From positions 8,866,001 through 8,930,000 of the forward strand of contig CM120642.1 of assembly GCA_051362555.1 (NCBI GenBank): 64,000 bases of DNA, written 5' to 3'. The notes beneath the pieces were generated by a model, which searched no databases, was not told the origin of the DNA, and worked only from the letters and a program-made list of their open reading frames with translations. This document shows positions 36,912-50,700 of the stretch, piece by piece. The position numbers and the translations under genes were made by a program. Source of the DNA: Lingula anatina. Taxonomy: Eukaryota > Animalia > Brachiopoda. Numbering within the stretch: the stretch's first letter is position 1; every line of letters starts with the position of its first letter.

Positions 36912-38008
36912 GGCCACACTTTTTTAATTTTATGGATGACATCCTGCGCGCGCACCGATTTTCATCCGTTCTCCAAAAAAAAAAAAAAAAAAAAAAATCC
37001 CCCCCCCCCCCCCCCCAAGGAAGTCGGTTGTCGCAAACGTCGTTATTGAATTTGCCGGAAAATGCAATCGGCAATCCTCGGCTAATTCCGCAAGCTCCAT
37101 GCTGTCATTGTCGACTGCGGAGACATCCGAGTAGTTCCGAGTGCGGAAAATGAGCTTTCTGCGCATGCGTATTATCACCACGTGGAAATATGGCCGCTTT
37201 GCCGTCAAATTCATCTCTAGCATTAATTTCAAAATACACGACAATTAAAGTCATAAAGAGAACGGGGGCCGTCGTTTTGGATTGGTTTGCCATTGATATT
37301 GGACATGGAGATATCACCTTTTTACAATTATACGAAAGGCTGGCCGCGGCCAGCGATCATTGCCCGGAAAATTTCAGTGACATTCTGTCCAAAGCAGCAC
37401 ATAGGCTTACCAGGGTTTTTTTTGTAGCGAAAAAAGGGTCGACAAGAGCGTCGTGGTATTTGGTGGACTGAAGGTCGGACAGGCCACCCAATAGTTGGCT
37501 GCTACGTGTGACTCGAAGTAGACAAAATGGCATCGACCGAAATTACTTTTTTTAGATTTGGTAGTAGGAAGCATAGGCCTATCTTTGCTTCATTTTTTAA
37601 CAATTCTGTGAAGTGTTCACAATGCTTAAATTTTCTGAGAGTACAAATAAAGACACGCTGTTTATTTGTTATTTGTTTTATTGATTGCTATACCAACAGA
37701 ATGCATGAAATAACCTTAAATAGATTTGGTAATATGCAGCATATATATATTCATGACTTTTTACCTTTCTACGAAGTAGGCCCTATTCACAATGCTTTAA
37801 TATTTTGAGAGCATGGATAAAGACATGTTGTTAGTTTGATACGTGTTTCTGTGGTAAATTAGTGTTTCCAGCTGTGTACTGAAAACAGAACTTTTCTTAA
37901 GCAGTTTTTTTTTTTTTTTTGGACTGTTTTTTTTTTTTTTTTTCGCCCGCTCGCACCGATTTTGGGGTCCCCAGAGGATGTCATCCATAAAAATAAAAAA
38001 GTATGGCC
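36912..38008. mobile_element. Non-autonomous Zator- or PIF/Harbinger-like DNA transposon
   Basis: TIRs ggccacacttttttaattttatggatgacatcct / aggatgtcatccataaaaataaaaaagtatggcc, TTA target duplication; the empty site ctagaTTAcatttg is in unit 2 (~45308). Confidence 0.85.
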
Positions 38009-38056
38009 TTACATTTGAAATGCGATGCCCATACGGTGCACGTACACTGCCCGTAA

Positions 38057-38232
38057 CAGGGGCGGATCCAGAGCTATTTTCTGACAGTCTTCCGAATTCC
38101 CAGTGTCTTTGTTGATCCATCCTCCATTTTGACCGTCTTCCGACAGAAAAAAATTAGACACCCGTCAACGTAAACTTGAAAAAATCTGACCGTCTTCTGG
38201 AAGACCTAGAAGACGGCCCCAATCCGCCCCTG
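38057..38232. mobile_element. 176-bp hAT-like MITE with 5-bp TSD
   Basis: TIRs caggggcggat / atccgcccctg, cgtaa on both sides; absent at the homologous position (~45350) in unit 2. Confidence 0.8.
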
Positions 38233-38982
38233 CGTAATACCCTTTCCGTACAGCGTCTGAGCGGAGGTAGACGGTGGCCGTGCGAAATCGTACGGAATAG
38301 TAATGGTTTAAGGCCATGTAATGTAGACAAACTCGGCGTAGCCCGTAGATGCTTACGATTTTTAAAAAAATCGTACGGACAATTTCACGGCGCCCTCTGT
38401 TAAATAGACCTTCAGTTTCGTGACACTGGTCCCTAATCACAAAGGACACAATTATCTGATAGACTTAATTAATTTTTATATCCTCCATCTGTATGTATAG
38501 ACACAGGTGTTTGATGTCAAAAGGTCCCTAGATATATTTGATAATGCTACAAATATCATAAAATAATAAATACAATTTAACGAAATAGTAATGATTCCAG
38601 TTACAGTAATGATTTTTTATCATGCAATTATATTTGACCGTCTCGTTTATATCTGTGTGGGGAAGGATCTATGCATATGGTTATATGCAGTTTAGATATT
38701 GGCCCATTATTACACCCGTTATATACCTGCCTGCATTATTATGAAATCACCTTGACGAAGTCCACAGCTAAATAGTTAAAAGTTCGTGTAAATTTCATTC
38801 CAAGATTGTCCACAGCCATTTAAAAACTTAGCATTTGGTGCAACATATTTTTCTCATATCACAACGAGCAATCTATATCTTTTAATAGTCTAATCCTACT
38901 CCAAATTTATTTATTTTATATCAGTGACCTTTCGAAGACATTGCTTTCCAGTACTTTCTTGATATGAACCTGTTCGAAACAG

Positions 38983-40011
38983 TCAGTCCTCATTTTCATC
39001 AATGCCATTTTTGCTCGTAAAAGAAGTGGTGGCGAGCGGTGTCATTCTAGTTGCCCCTGGGTGGTTGCGGACCCCAAGTGGAGGTCGTTCGCGCCTTTTT
39101 GGATTAATTAACTTTATTGTCTCATTTCGAAACTCCGGGCTGCTGCAAACATATAGGGCGAAGTTAATACAGTGGTTCACTTTGCTTAGGAGCCAAAGCG
39201 AATCACGGACTCTTGAAGGAATAGGCACGTCGATTCTCACGATTCTAGTTAAAAAATCTATCACTCGCACTGGGCCCACGAGAACAAGGAAAGCTACAAC
39301 ATTGCACAGAAGCATACGATGAGTTTTTCTGTATTTGCCGCTAGAACTTCTTGTTGATATTGTTAGTTTTCTTTGCATTGTTGCCACTCTTTTCAGTTTA
39401 AGTGCGATGGCAATACACAGCACTAAAAGAACCAGCCAAGATCCAGTTGCTATACTGAATGTAGAATAATGATGTATTTGTTGAAATATATTCGACGTTT
39501 GATTATAAATGCAGAGTCTACCTTTATAGTGCGGTTCAACAGTATGGGCCAGAAGGTACGCATTTCCTCCAAGAATGAACGTTGTAACGGCACCACACAT
39601 CACTAACACGCGTTTCTGCGAAAACAACATCGGACCACGAAACGGAAAAAATACAACGCAGAAGCGTTCTAATGTCACCATAACAATAAATATGTACGAC
39701 AAAAATAAAGCGCTATGTGCTACCCATGACTGTATGTCCGCATATGTGCATCTAGATCCCATGATGTTATTTACATATACGATGTCGTATAGTGCGTAGT
39801 TTGTCGTCAGTTGGATCATAACGGAGAAATCAGCGATAGCCAGGAACAAGAAAAACACAAAAGTTGACTTGCGCCTGAGTTTTTGGCTAGCTAAAATCAC
39901 AGCAATGGTGAAAACATTTCCGAGAGATGATAGAACCGTTAGGACGTACACTGCTATCCTACTACAGAGTCCTAGATAGTTCCAGCACTCTGCCGACGTG
40001 ATGTCAGCCAT
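38983..40011 (-). CDS. Intronless rhodopsin-class GPCR, copy 2 (342 aa)
   Basis: Same motifs as copy 1; nearly identical apart from scattered substitutions and the C-terminal tail. Confidence 0.92.
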   Translation of the reverse strand: MADITSAECWNYLGLCSRIAVYVLTVLSSLGNVFTIAVILASQKLRRKSTFVFFLFLAIADFSVMIQLTTNYALYDIVYVNNIMGSRCTYADIQSWVAHSALFLSYIFIVMVTLERFCVVFFPFRGPMLFSQKRVLVMCGAVTTFILGGNAYLLAHTVEPHYKGRLCIYNQTSNIFQQIHHYSTFSIATGSWLVLLVLCIAIALKLKRVATMQRKLTISTRSSSGKYRKTHRMLLCNVVAFLVLVGPVRVIDFLTRIVRIDVPIPSRVRDSLWLLSKVNHCINFALYVCSSPEFRNETIKLINPKRRERPPLGVRNHPGATRMTPLATTSFTSKNGIDENED

Positions 40012-42024
40012 GTCGGTTGAAGTCTTGAGCGCTTTTTGAGAACTTTGTTTCTTAAAGCCAGCACCTAGGGAATCAGGCTGTTTTTGTATAGTTACATGCT
40101 TTGATATGTCCAGGAAGCCACAGGCAAAAAATGTCCCTTAAAATATGCATCTGTGATGTTGAAACCGAAAACTACAATTCATACACTGTAACGTATTACT
40201 GTTGAATAGTTTTATAAGCTGTCCTCAACATGTGTTTATCTCTCCGTTTCTTTACCTTTAACTAGGTTCCCCGCGCTTGTTTCTGGTGTCATTTGTGGAA
40301 TTAATTGTCGCATCACATTAAAAAATACACGTGGCGGGATTGCTGTTAGGTGTCAGTGTTTCTCGCTTTCCTCCGTCGCCATGAATATCTGTAAAACATA
40401 GGCCTCAGTGTCTCTTGTCGTTTTGTCCGCGCGTGCGTATAAATTATTTAGCAAGATGGATTGCCCGTCATTTAAGATCCTTGTTTGAGCTGAATACTGG
40501 TCCCGTTTCACATGATGAGCACATTTAAGGTCCAAACCAATGTAAAAATACCTCTGTAACACGCTACATTTATGGATTACGTTTCCCGAATGAAAGTTGA
40601 TACTGCATAGGTATTCAGGCAGCATTCCTTCATGCATCAACAACCTCAGAACATAAACCTAAAAATATTTAAAGTAACACCAAAATTATAATATAATGTT
40701 GTATTTTTTTCGAGACACGCGAAGCGGAGTGTGAATTCGCCACTCTGTCCTGCTTGATTCGATTGTCCTTTTCTCCGCTTTTCAGCTCGCCTTATGGACA
40801 TCGACGTTATAGCTGCAGAGTATTATCGTCCTCGTTATCATTAGAAAATTTATTGTAATATAGTTTTAAGTCATCTTCATTGTTTGTTGTCGACATTTTG
40901 TAATCTTAATCGTAAAAAAAGAAAATAAAAGAAGGCAGTTTTGCCTCGACCGGTAATTTATGTTCATTCACTGTTGTAAGTGCAGTGTTATAGTTTAAGT
41001 ATGTTCTACTCTTCTTAATTATCTAACAGAACACAGTGAACGACATATGGTGAACAACAATTACGCGTGACATTTACTTGTGACTGTTACATTAATTTTA
41101 GGCCACGTTAATAGCCAGTAGAGACTTTATCTTGCACAGTTCTTAGTGTGCGTGATGAGAGACGAATTTTGGAGTTTATCTAAAGGGCAATGCTTTAAAG
41201 CTTTGTGATGGAAATGTGTACACCAACACACACTGAAAGGTACATATAGAGGTACAAAACCTCTAGATATCAATTACTTTTTCGTTCGAGAGGAGCTAAT
41301 TGACATAATTAATCTCTATTGATCATATGGCAATGCTGTCTTGGTGACATCCACCATAATCAGGGATGACAGCCATGTAATGAAGGACGACCTCATAGCT
41401 CACAGCGCATGTAGGCAGAGGATCATATAATTACTCGACTGTCTGTTCACATTTTAACATTACATACAGTATGTATTTGCTCGTGGTTATCTATTTCTCT
41501 ACAACTGTATCTATTTTATTATTTATTTTTTATAAGTGATTAAGCAGTGAATCTATCAATTTCCGACTATGACAGTTTAACATTTTTGCATAATTTCATT
41601 AAGCATATTTTTCTTCCATCGCATCAAAGCCTTAATTCTCTGCAAAATTTGATCATGAATTGTATTGTATTTATATAGAGTAATAATGCAGAATGGTAGA
41701 AAATATTACTATGCAGGTAGTAGGCATGCATCGTATACATACTCAGTGGTAATAATTCAGTGGTAAGAATGGATGTGCAATTCATGTTAATAAATAAATG
41801 TAATATAAAACGCTGCATTGCCCCTGAAATCACACATGACATAGCGCTATTTCTTTCTCATGGGACTTATTAAAGCAAATGTTGGCACAGATTCCAAACA
41901 TTTGCCAGCTATGCCTTAATTAAATGGGTAGTCTTTTCTTCCTAATAGAGAGGCGAGGTTTTAGATATCAAACAAGTTTGGACTATTTACCAAGAAGAAA
42001 ATTTGGAAGAATTAATACAACAAT

Positions 42025-44618
42025 GGGGCTATACGCGGAGCCGTTTGTCCTAAAGAGGGCGCTGGGGTAATAGTGGTTATTGAAGATAGCCTCGTTTTCG
42101 CGTCCGTGTAGAAATGGCTTTAGAGTATGGGAAGCAAACGGTGGCGAAGTTAAAACTTCAACTAGTTGAAAGAGGAGCCTCCACAAGAGGAAAAAAAACA
42201 GGATTTGATAGAAAGGTTAGTGTCTTTACTTATAAATGTGTCAGTTGTATCACTAACATTGAAGGTTTCGCGCTCGAATCTTCCCGTAAGATATGGGGTT
42301 CTGTGTGAGCTCCCTATCAAAAGCCAGGTGTAAGCGGCGGCTAGTTCCGCACTACTTATATGCCTAATTTATTACTATATTTCAAGAAAATAATATTGTC
42401 ATTGCATATTTCCATATCCCGAGAATATAATGGAGGTATTTATGTTTGAAATATGTTTATTGTAGGCACTCCTAGTTGATAAAGGACCGTTCGTTTCAGT
42501 AATCAAATTTCGTGTACCAGGTCCGACATTTAACACGACTTGTGTCAACACAAATTTGTAAGGGAGAAACAAGGCCTGATGCGTGTTTTATGTCAATGAC
42601 AGTTGACATAACTAATTGTCGATAAGGTAGACAATCTAAACACTGTTTGCCAAGAATGTGAGCATCGTTTTGTTAGCATCATTGTTTTTTTCACTCCCTC
42701 ATAACCTTGCATTGATGTTGGTAGGTCACAGAGAAGGAAGTGTCAGAACTTGAAAACAGAACTAGAGGCCAAAGTAAAAGTCGAGTGTGGCATGAAGAAA
42801 GATCATGGAGAATAACAGCATCGAGGTAGGTATGCAAACGAAAATAAGTTTGCTAGTTTTTTACTTGTTCAAATGTCTTGTATTAATGTCATGTCATAGC
42901 TTGAGCTACTATGTACCTGTAGTTGCATTATAGTACAGAAAAACAAGGTGTGAGATGATATATCATGGTTTGAAGGTCACAATTTAATGCTATGAATGTA
43001 CAATTTCATTTTGCATTTGAAATACAAATTGAAAAGAACAGTAAAAAAACAATCATTAATTTGATTTTATTTTTTAGGTTTGGTGATATTTTGAACGCAA
43101 CCGAAAGACGAGACAAGGTCAAATTATGCCATTCACTCTTGTTTACCCATGAAATCAATACTTCATATTTCTTAAATTTTACAGGCGTATAGTCATCAAC
43201 AATGTCACGTTCTGGCTAAATGTTCATTTCACTGAGCTGGAAAAACAAAGTTGATCCATGTGCGTTTTATTTCTGACACCGTTGTTACCGATAGCTTGAA
43301 ACGGTCAAAATGCATAATGGTAAAAAACATTGGTCCTCTGGTGGCAAACATTTGAAAGTCAAGCGGTGAACTGCTGGTCCAAGGCAATTGAAAAACAACA
43401 TGAAGTGTTCAAAATGACTAAATCCAGTTAGATACTGGACAGCCTTTGCATTTTGCCGGTACAGCATGATGCTTTCTCTTGTGTCTGATGATCTAATGAT
43501 ATCACACTGGGAAGCTGTACTTTCTTTTTGGCTCTCACCAGGGCAGTCTTCATGTTTGTCTTCCACTGCTTCATCTGCTCGAGACTTAACCTATAGGATA
43601 CAACAAAAAAAAAAAAAAAAATACATTATACTTCATGTATTAATTAACGCATAAAATCGGTGTAGATGACAGAAATAACGTAGATCTGACTGCCTCTTGT
43701 CCCCTTTAGTCCGTCTCTAGTATTTTTAGTATTTACACAGATAATTATACAAATAAAAAGAAACATTTTATTTTTAAATCTGTTATTATATCATGCGTTA
43801 TATTTACCTCCATGAATATAATCAGGAGCTGTTAGTAGGCCTACTGTCACCGGATCTGATACTTTGCAGCGTTTAGCTAGACGGCTGATGATAGTACGTC
43901 TTTCACTTGATTAAATGGACATATATGCTATCGTTCCTGGCTTCAGTCTTTTTCTCTCATCTGCAAAAGGAGTGCACATAACGATTATTAATACAATAAA
44001 AATCAAGTTGTCTTAATTTGAAAACGTGGCCTTTAAAAAAACTCATGGATTATCATATAAAAACGAAAAAATAATTGTATTGGCTGGTCGGGGTTGACCC
44101 GGGCTCGGTAGCTTAGTCGGTAGAGTGTTTTCTCCCCCGAAATCGCTACATAATGTTAGGTGAAGAATGCCTTAAAATTAACATTCTAAGCACGTTACAC
44201 GATATAATTACTTAAACATCGATAACAAACACCTAATGAATAAGTTGACAAACTCATTATTAATACTAAAAGCGACAACAGCAAGTACAACTTACGTAGA
44301 AGTGTAATCTTCCTCACGAAAGTGGAGGAAACAGACTTTGTCATGTGCCTTTGGTTTCCATAGTGTTTTTGATGTAGAATCAACCCTCCTGATGGCAGCT
44401 CTCCCCTGGTAACTTTGCTTTGTGTCTTTCGGAAAGAATGACCTCCTGTTGACGATGTACATTCCAGAACACAACAGTATCCTGGCATTATTTAGAGCGA
44501 TATTTACAGCGTCAGATTAAAAATGAAACTGCAAACACATGAGAAAGTACGCGCATGCGCAAAAGTACCCCAACTAAAACACGCGCGCCACCCAGTGGTG
44601 AAAAAAACTGATAGCCCC
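42025..44618. mobile_element. Internally deleted ISL2EU-type (PIF/Harbinger-related) transposon with THAP-transposase and SAP/YqaJ gene remnants
   Basis: Termini ggggctat/atagcccc with AT duplication; empty site caacaATtaattgtc at ~36240. Minus strand: THAP MPGYCCVLEC..HSF/PKD..WKPKAHDKVCFLHFREEDY and YLTGFSHFEHF..PEDQCFL. Plus strand: SAP TVAKLKLQLVERGASTRGKK and YqaJ TRGQSKSRVWHEERSWRITASR|FGDIL. Confidence 0.88.
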
Positions 44619-46165
44619 ATTAATTGTCATTATCATTTTACAGTTTTTTTTTAATACCAGCAACGCAGAAACAAGACTAGCGTCAGTCAGCAGTCTACAT
44701 ATTCATTGCTGTAGTTGTGCTCTATCAGATTGCGCCGGGTGTGCTACAATGTAGTGTTCATTGCAGTGGCTTCGATATATCAGGAGACGGTCAGCCCAAG
44801 GGACGGCCAGCGATATCTGTCCAATAGCAAATACGTATACAACAAATACTTATAAGACTGCTGGTCATCACAATTTCAATCAATACGTGAAACCCTCTGG
44901 AGAACAGCCCACAAATAAACCGGTAAAATTGTTAAAATAGAAAACGATAAACCACGTTCAAGGGAACTTCTTAAATGCAAATCAACACAAAATATCATTT
45001 ACAGTAGATATCATAAGCGACTCATGAGAATGCGTTTTGGGTGGGGTTCAGGGGTAAAGACTGGGTATAGCCAAGGTGCAGATATGAGGTGCATATTAAA
45101 TGTAATATACGTCAAGAAGACGACTTGGGACATATTAATTCATTAACATAGCATGAGACTAACTGGTACAAAATAACGATAACAATAATAGCAAAAACAA
45201 AAATGAAAACAACAAAAACAATAATTATGATGATAATAATAATAATAATAAATGACAAAAAATTTAGTGGATTTAGACTAAAATGTAAGGCTAAATTAAA
45301 GCCTAGATTACATTTGAAAAGCGATGCCTGCACGGTGCATGTACACTGCCCGTGATATACAATGTACCATTTTCGTACGGCGTCTGAGCGGAGGTAGACG
45401 GTGGCCGTGCGAAATCGCACGGAATCGTACGGATTTAAGGCCATGTAATGTAGACATACTCGGCGTAGCCCGTAGCTTCTTACGATTTAAAAAATACGTA
45501 CGGACAATTTCACGGCGCCCGTGTAATGTAATCAAGGCTTAAATAAGCTGAAATGATACAGAGGAAGCGTTTTAAAGACGTGTTTAGACAAAAATTAGAA
45601 AACAACAAAATCCTAATTAAATTACACAATCAAACTGAAGAAAAGAAAACTGACACGGTAGAAAAATGCGAATAATATTACTTAATCAACCGAGATGTAT
45701 CTCACACAAACTCGGCAATTCTAAAATATTTACACGGGAAATTTTAAAGGAGTTCATATTGTGCGGGCATTACAGATCAATATGAACAACAACCAAAGGC
45801 CAAAGCGATCTTTTCAATACCATATGCCGGAATGATTTCTATTTTCACAACGCCGATTCGATACCGTTGTTACGATTTTGAAAGGGGATATCCAATCGAC
45901 ATTCTCTCACTTTGTAATAACAGAACAAGTGATACAATAGACTCATTTATTATGAAGGGCCATTTTGTTGTACCTATAATTTGTGTAGAACTCAGTGATA
46001 TGTATCGAACAGTATGATCAAGTTATGCTACATATTATATGTATGAAACACGTCGTGGTTATTAGATTGAGTTTATTAAGAATATTTTAACATGAAAAAT
46101 GGAAGACCCGGTGGTTCCAGCTGATTATGTCGTAAGGGAGTTGCATCTTTATAATTCATAATACG

Positions 46166-47749
46166 ATGGACACCAAAGGAACCACAAACACAAACAGAAA
46201 GGTGAGTACCTTAGCACCGGTCTTATTACCTTATGTCTTGTGTACAGGTCAACTAAAATCTTTTGTCTAACCACTTGTAGTCACTATCTATCTATTTTTC
46301 TACATTCATGTAACATTAAGCAATTCAAAGTGATTTTTAGTGCAGTTATCCATTTTTGAATCAGAGAAAATCCAGATTAATTAAATATTCGTCCTTATAC
46401 ACGAGACACAGGTGGTGTCACACTGGACTTCGATTAAATGTCCAAGTGATAATTCTTCTAGGAGACGAGACCGCTCACCTTAATTTAGTGAAAATATATT
46501 TCTTAAATTCAATACACAGGATTATTGTCCATACTTGACATTCTAGGAGAAACATAGGTTGATCAACGAAAAATAGTTATATATCTTGAAATGAAGGAGC
46601 CTACATTTTTTGGTAGTTTGATATTTACATATCAGCAATAACTACCTGCAGTGTACAAATAAACCGCTTTTGTCTCTGCTTCCGTCAGTTTTAGTAAACA
46701 CTAAAAGATCACATAAAATGAACATGCTGTTTGCTATATGTGATTAAAATTATATGCTTTTTATTCAAAAAGTCAGCAAGGAGTGATTTTTCATCATGGT
46801 TAAAAATGACAACTGATTTGATGTCAAGGGTATTGGGCTTCATATTTTTTCATAATTTTATGCATTAAAATGCTTACAGGTACGTGTATTGGGGAACTTT
46901 CATATCGAGATAGCGCGATGTTGTGACTTATTATCAACATATAACTTGACTGTGAGAGATACAGAAGTTTTCAAGCGTACTAGCTGTAACAACATCTAAG
47001 CGAAATTCGGCTACAGTTATCATGATCCGTGACAACCATTTAGTGAATGAAAGACGCAAGTTGAAACTGAACGCAACGTTAAAAGTCTCCTAACTCGATC
47101 ACAATACGTTTGATGAAGTATTTGACACCAACAACCAGCCCTGCGGCCTCCCCCTCCCCCCCCCCCCCCACACACACACACACGCACACACACACACAGT
47201 ACAGTGTACTGTACTGCGTGACATTCACTGGAAAGTAAGCACTTGCTCTAACATTAAATGAAGGTGAACATTAGTCCAAAAGTTCTTGTACCTAGACTGC
47301 TATGAAAATACTGTCGACAAATTTTTGTCTATATTAGTATTGTAAAACAGGCGAACTGGTGCTTTACTTGAGTGTTACGTACTTTGTTTTTATAAACAAT
47401 TCATACAATAATCCCAAGTTTACTCCGACAGGTGTGCGAGTATCAAAGCGTTTTCCAAGTCCTTACGTAACCCTTCGCTGCTTAACATATCGAAGCGTAG
47501 TCATAACATGCACTGTTTCTTTTACAAATAATCCAGCAGTCCTTGTATTTGGGCTGAAAATAGTTACATTTATTTCAAATACAGGTGTTTATCATTATCA
47601 CGCTTTTCTTGTTTTATAGATTTTCTTTCTTTTTGAAGAGGTGCGAAATTGAACATAATTTTATACTGCACTCGTTCCCCTGCACTAAATAAATTATATT
47701 CTAAAGTTTTTGTGAAAACCCGTAATTCTAAATGTGTTTTCACTCCCTC

Positions 47750-47791
<42 letters not shown>

Positions 47792-50700
47792 CACACACTC
47801 ACACACACACACACTCTACGTCAACCTAAATAAAGATTTTTTTCACGACTGTGAATAGATGACCACCCTTCTTATAATCCATGCCACAAATAAAAATGAA
47901 TAATAATCATCTATTTTTTCTCTAGAGCGGAGGGAGCCGCGACAAAAGCAGCAACAAAGTGACTACAGGCATTGCAAACGTTACCTCCGTGGGCGCTTCC
48001 ATGTACGGGCCGACGGTGAGCCACAACGAAGGGACGCTCCCGCCGGTGGAAACACCGACGACGTGGAGTGAACCCGTGGTGGTGGAAAAACACAAGCAAG
48101 AACTCAAAGAGGGCTCTGGACGGAAGAGCCGTCAGGCGGCTTTCTATCTATCCAGAGTGACGCCCACAAGGACTCCAGCACAGTCTAGACCCCAGACTAG
48201 ACACAGCATGAAGGAGCACCAAGATTTAATATCACAGTCTATAATTCTAGAGGCAAATGGACCAGGTTCAAAGGACAATAAGAAAGTATCCGACAATCCT
48301 AATTTAGATCTTTATGAAGCGATGTTTCGTCAGTTTACATTCACTGGATATGACATTATGCAAGACGGTAAGTTGCGCGCTGCGAATTTATTAGCATGAT
48401 ATCTTACACGTGAGAAAAATAAAAATTGCTAGTAATATTTTGAAAGTAATGTTCTTGAAAAGTAGCACCCAGAATATTACTTGGTAATTTATTAATCGCG
48501 GCAACACAAAACAAGCCAGCATAACGTGACGTAACACATGCTAGTACAGATGGAAAAGATCGCTTCTTTTGTGGAGTAAATTTACCTGAATTCATCGATT
48601 AACAGTAATGTGCAAATAAAGCTGGAATCAGTGTTCTGGTATCCAAAACTTCTTCTTATCGATCTCCAATCCGAAATACAGTCACTTATCGATTTGATCC
48701 CTGATGCATTCTAAACAGGCAGATTTTATATCGCATATTGGAATGACTGCCTGCGAGGAGGACTTTGTTGTGAAATGTATATCCAAATATTATTTTAACA
48801 ATGATTACGACGGGAAGAAAGTAACTCATATATCCGTGCTGTAAGCTGTATAAGAAATACCCCTTATTTATTAATGATTGATTACGTACTGTGAGGGTCA
48901 CTTCGCAAAAATACGAGTCAGTGGACAATTATTGATGTGAACATTGTTTTTGATTAAGTATGTTCGGCGAATACAAGATTCTACACAGGGGGTATTGATA
49001 TTCTCTTACCTTAATTGCATAACTGCAAATAGAAATGTTTAACACCGATTAAAAAGGATGCGTTACAGCCAATTAAAGTTAAAATCGTATTGAGGCAGAA
49101 GTGGAGGCTTTATTATCTTATGAATGGGGTTTATTGATTAGGCTACAGAGATTTAATTATTTTTTCTTATAAACGAAAAGCAATAGATAAAGAAAAACAT
49201 CATAAAAATTTACGACAATTTAAGTCAAATTAAAGAATCTTTGACGGATTTGTGTTTGCGTACAGTTTCTTCCCTTAAAAAACCTAAAACAACAAATAAT
49301 TGTTGGAATTACTATTGTGATTACAGAGGCACCCAAAAAGCCTGTCAAACCGAAAAAGGACACCACAGAAATCGCTAAATATAGTGCAATATACGTGGAC
49401 GCGTGCAAGAAGATGGGTCTCGTGCCAGTGACGTACTTGGCCGAAAGACTGGCAGAGAAAGAAGTAGAAATGAACAGCCATGGCCTAGGTCCACAGGGGG
49501 CAAAAGCTGTTGCCATATCATTAGTGGTGAGTACATGTACCAATACAGGATAAAAGATAAACTAGACATTGAACAAAGTGCGTGAAGAGGGATGAAAGAT
49601 AGTTAAATGATTTTCAGGTATTTTAATTAATCTTACGAAAAGAAATTCAAAGGAAATAGTGAAAATATGTAAGAATTAAGAAACGAGCTGGAGAACAAGT
49701 GAAATCACGAATATGAGAATATTCTAAGGATAAAATATACTTCTGAAAATGTATTTGACAAAAGTACGTATAAAACAATTAACCGAACAGGATCTCTCAT
49801 TCTTGTCAGCAGAAGGCACCTATTTTATCATTCGCGTGTCCTTATATATTTTTTCATTTACTAGCGGAACGACAAGGTACAGTACCTTAGTATAGAGGAC
49901 AACTGGATAGGAATTGAGGGCGCTAGTTACATAGCAGAAATGTTGACGGAAAATTTCACTATAACAGAATTGGTAAGCTACAGCACATACAGTGAACATG
50001 ACCTCATCTCTAATATTTGTTTATTTAAAAAATGACAGTCTCAGAATATATTATTTTTCAGTAAGATATAGGGTTTCCGAGGCACCGGTAAATATATATA
50101 ACTGAAAATTCAATTTTAATAAACAAAAAATGTGTACATCAGATACGGAATTTTGATAGTAAAAGCTTTATTTCACAAAAAAAAAAAAAAAAAAAAAAAA
50201 ATCACATCTACGATTATTTTCTGTTATTTAAATAAATATGCAATTTACAGAATCTTGCTGAGAACCGTATTGGATCTGAAGGTGCAATAGACATATTAAA
50301 GGTGCTACTAGAAAATACCAGCATAAAAATGCTAGATCTCTCAGGTTAGTCTGGCTACAGTGTATCTTGGTAATAGAAAGGAAATATTTGTGCTTATGTT
50401 TCAATCGTGGTTTACTGTAGAATTCACATTATGTGATTTGTTAATAAAATATATATCTAAGAAAAAGAACAACTGAAAGGTAAAAATGATGCTTTGAAAA
50501 CTCCTTGGATTATTTTTTTTTCGTAAGTCCTGTTACCAAGTAACAAATCATTCCATCTCGTTAACATGCCTTTCAGTAAAATGTGCTGAAAAGTGCATAC
50601 ACGTATGACTAAATGATACATCTATTACGGTATTCGATAACAGTGGCCTTTTGTCTTTAGGAAATGACATTCATGACGATGCAATGGGAGACCTAGCCGA

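Larger units (their letters stand above)
32537..45520. repeat. Tandem segmental duplication of the GPCR locus (unit 1 32537-38395, unit 2 38396-45520)
   Basis: Collinear high identity from ctctgttaaatagacc to cacggcgccc in both units; most of the length difference comes from copy-specific transposon insertions. Confidence 0.92.

Noticed and set aside
44095-44180. tRNA gene inside the ISL2EU element
   Set aside because: Only an A-box-like half (tagcttagtcggtagagtg) with no B box; a deleted SINE fragment.
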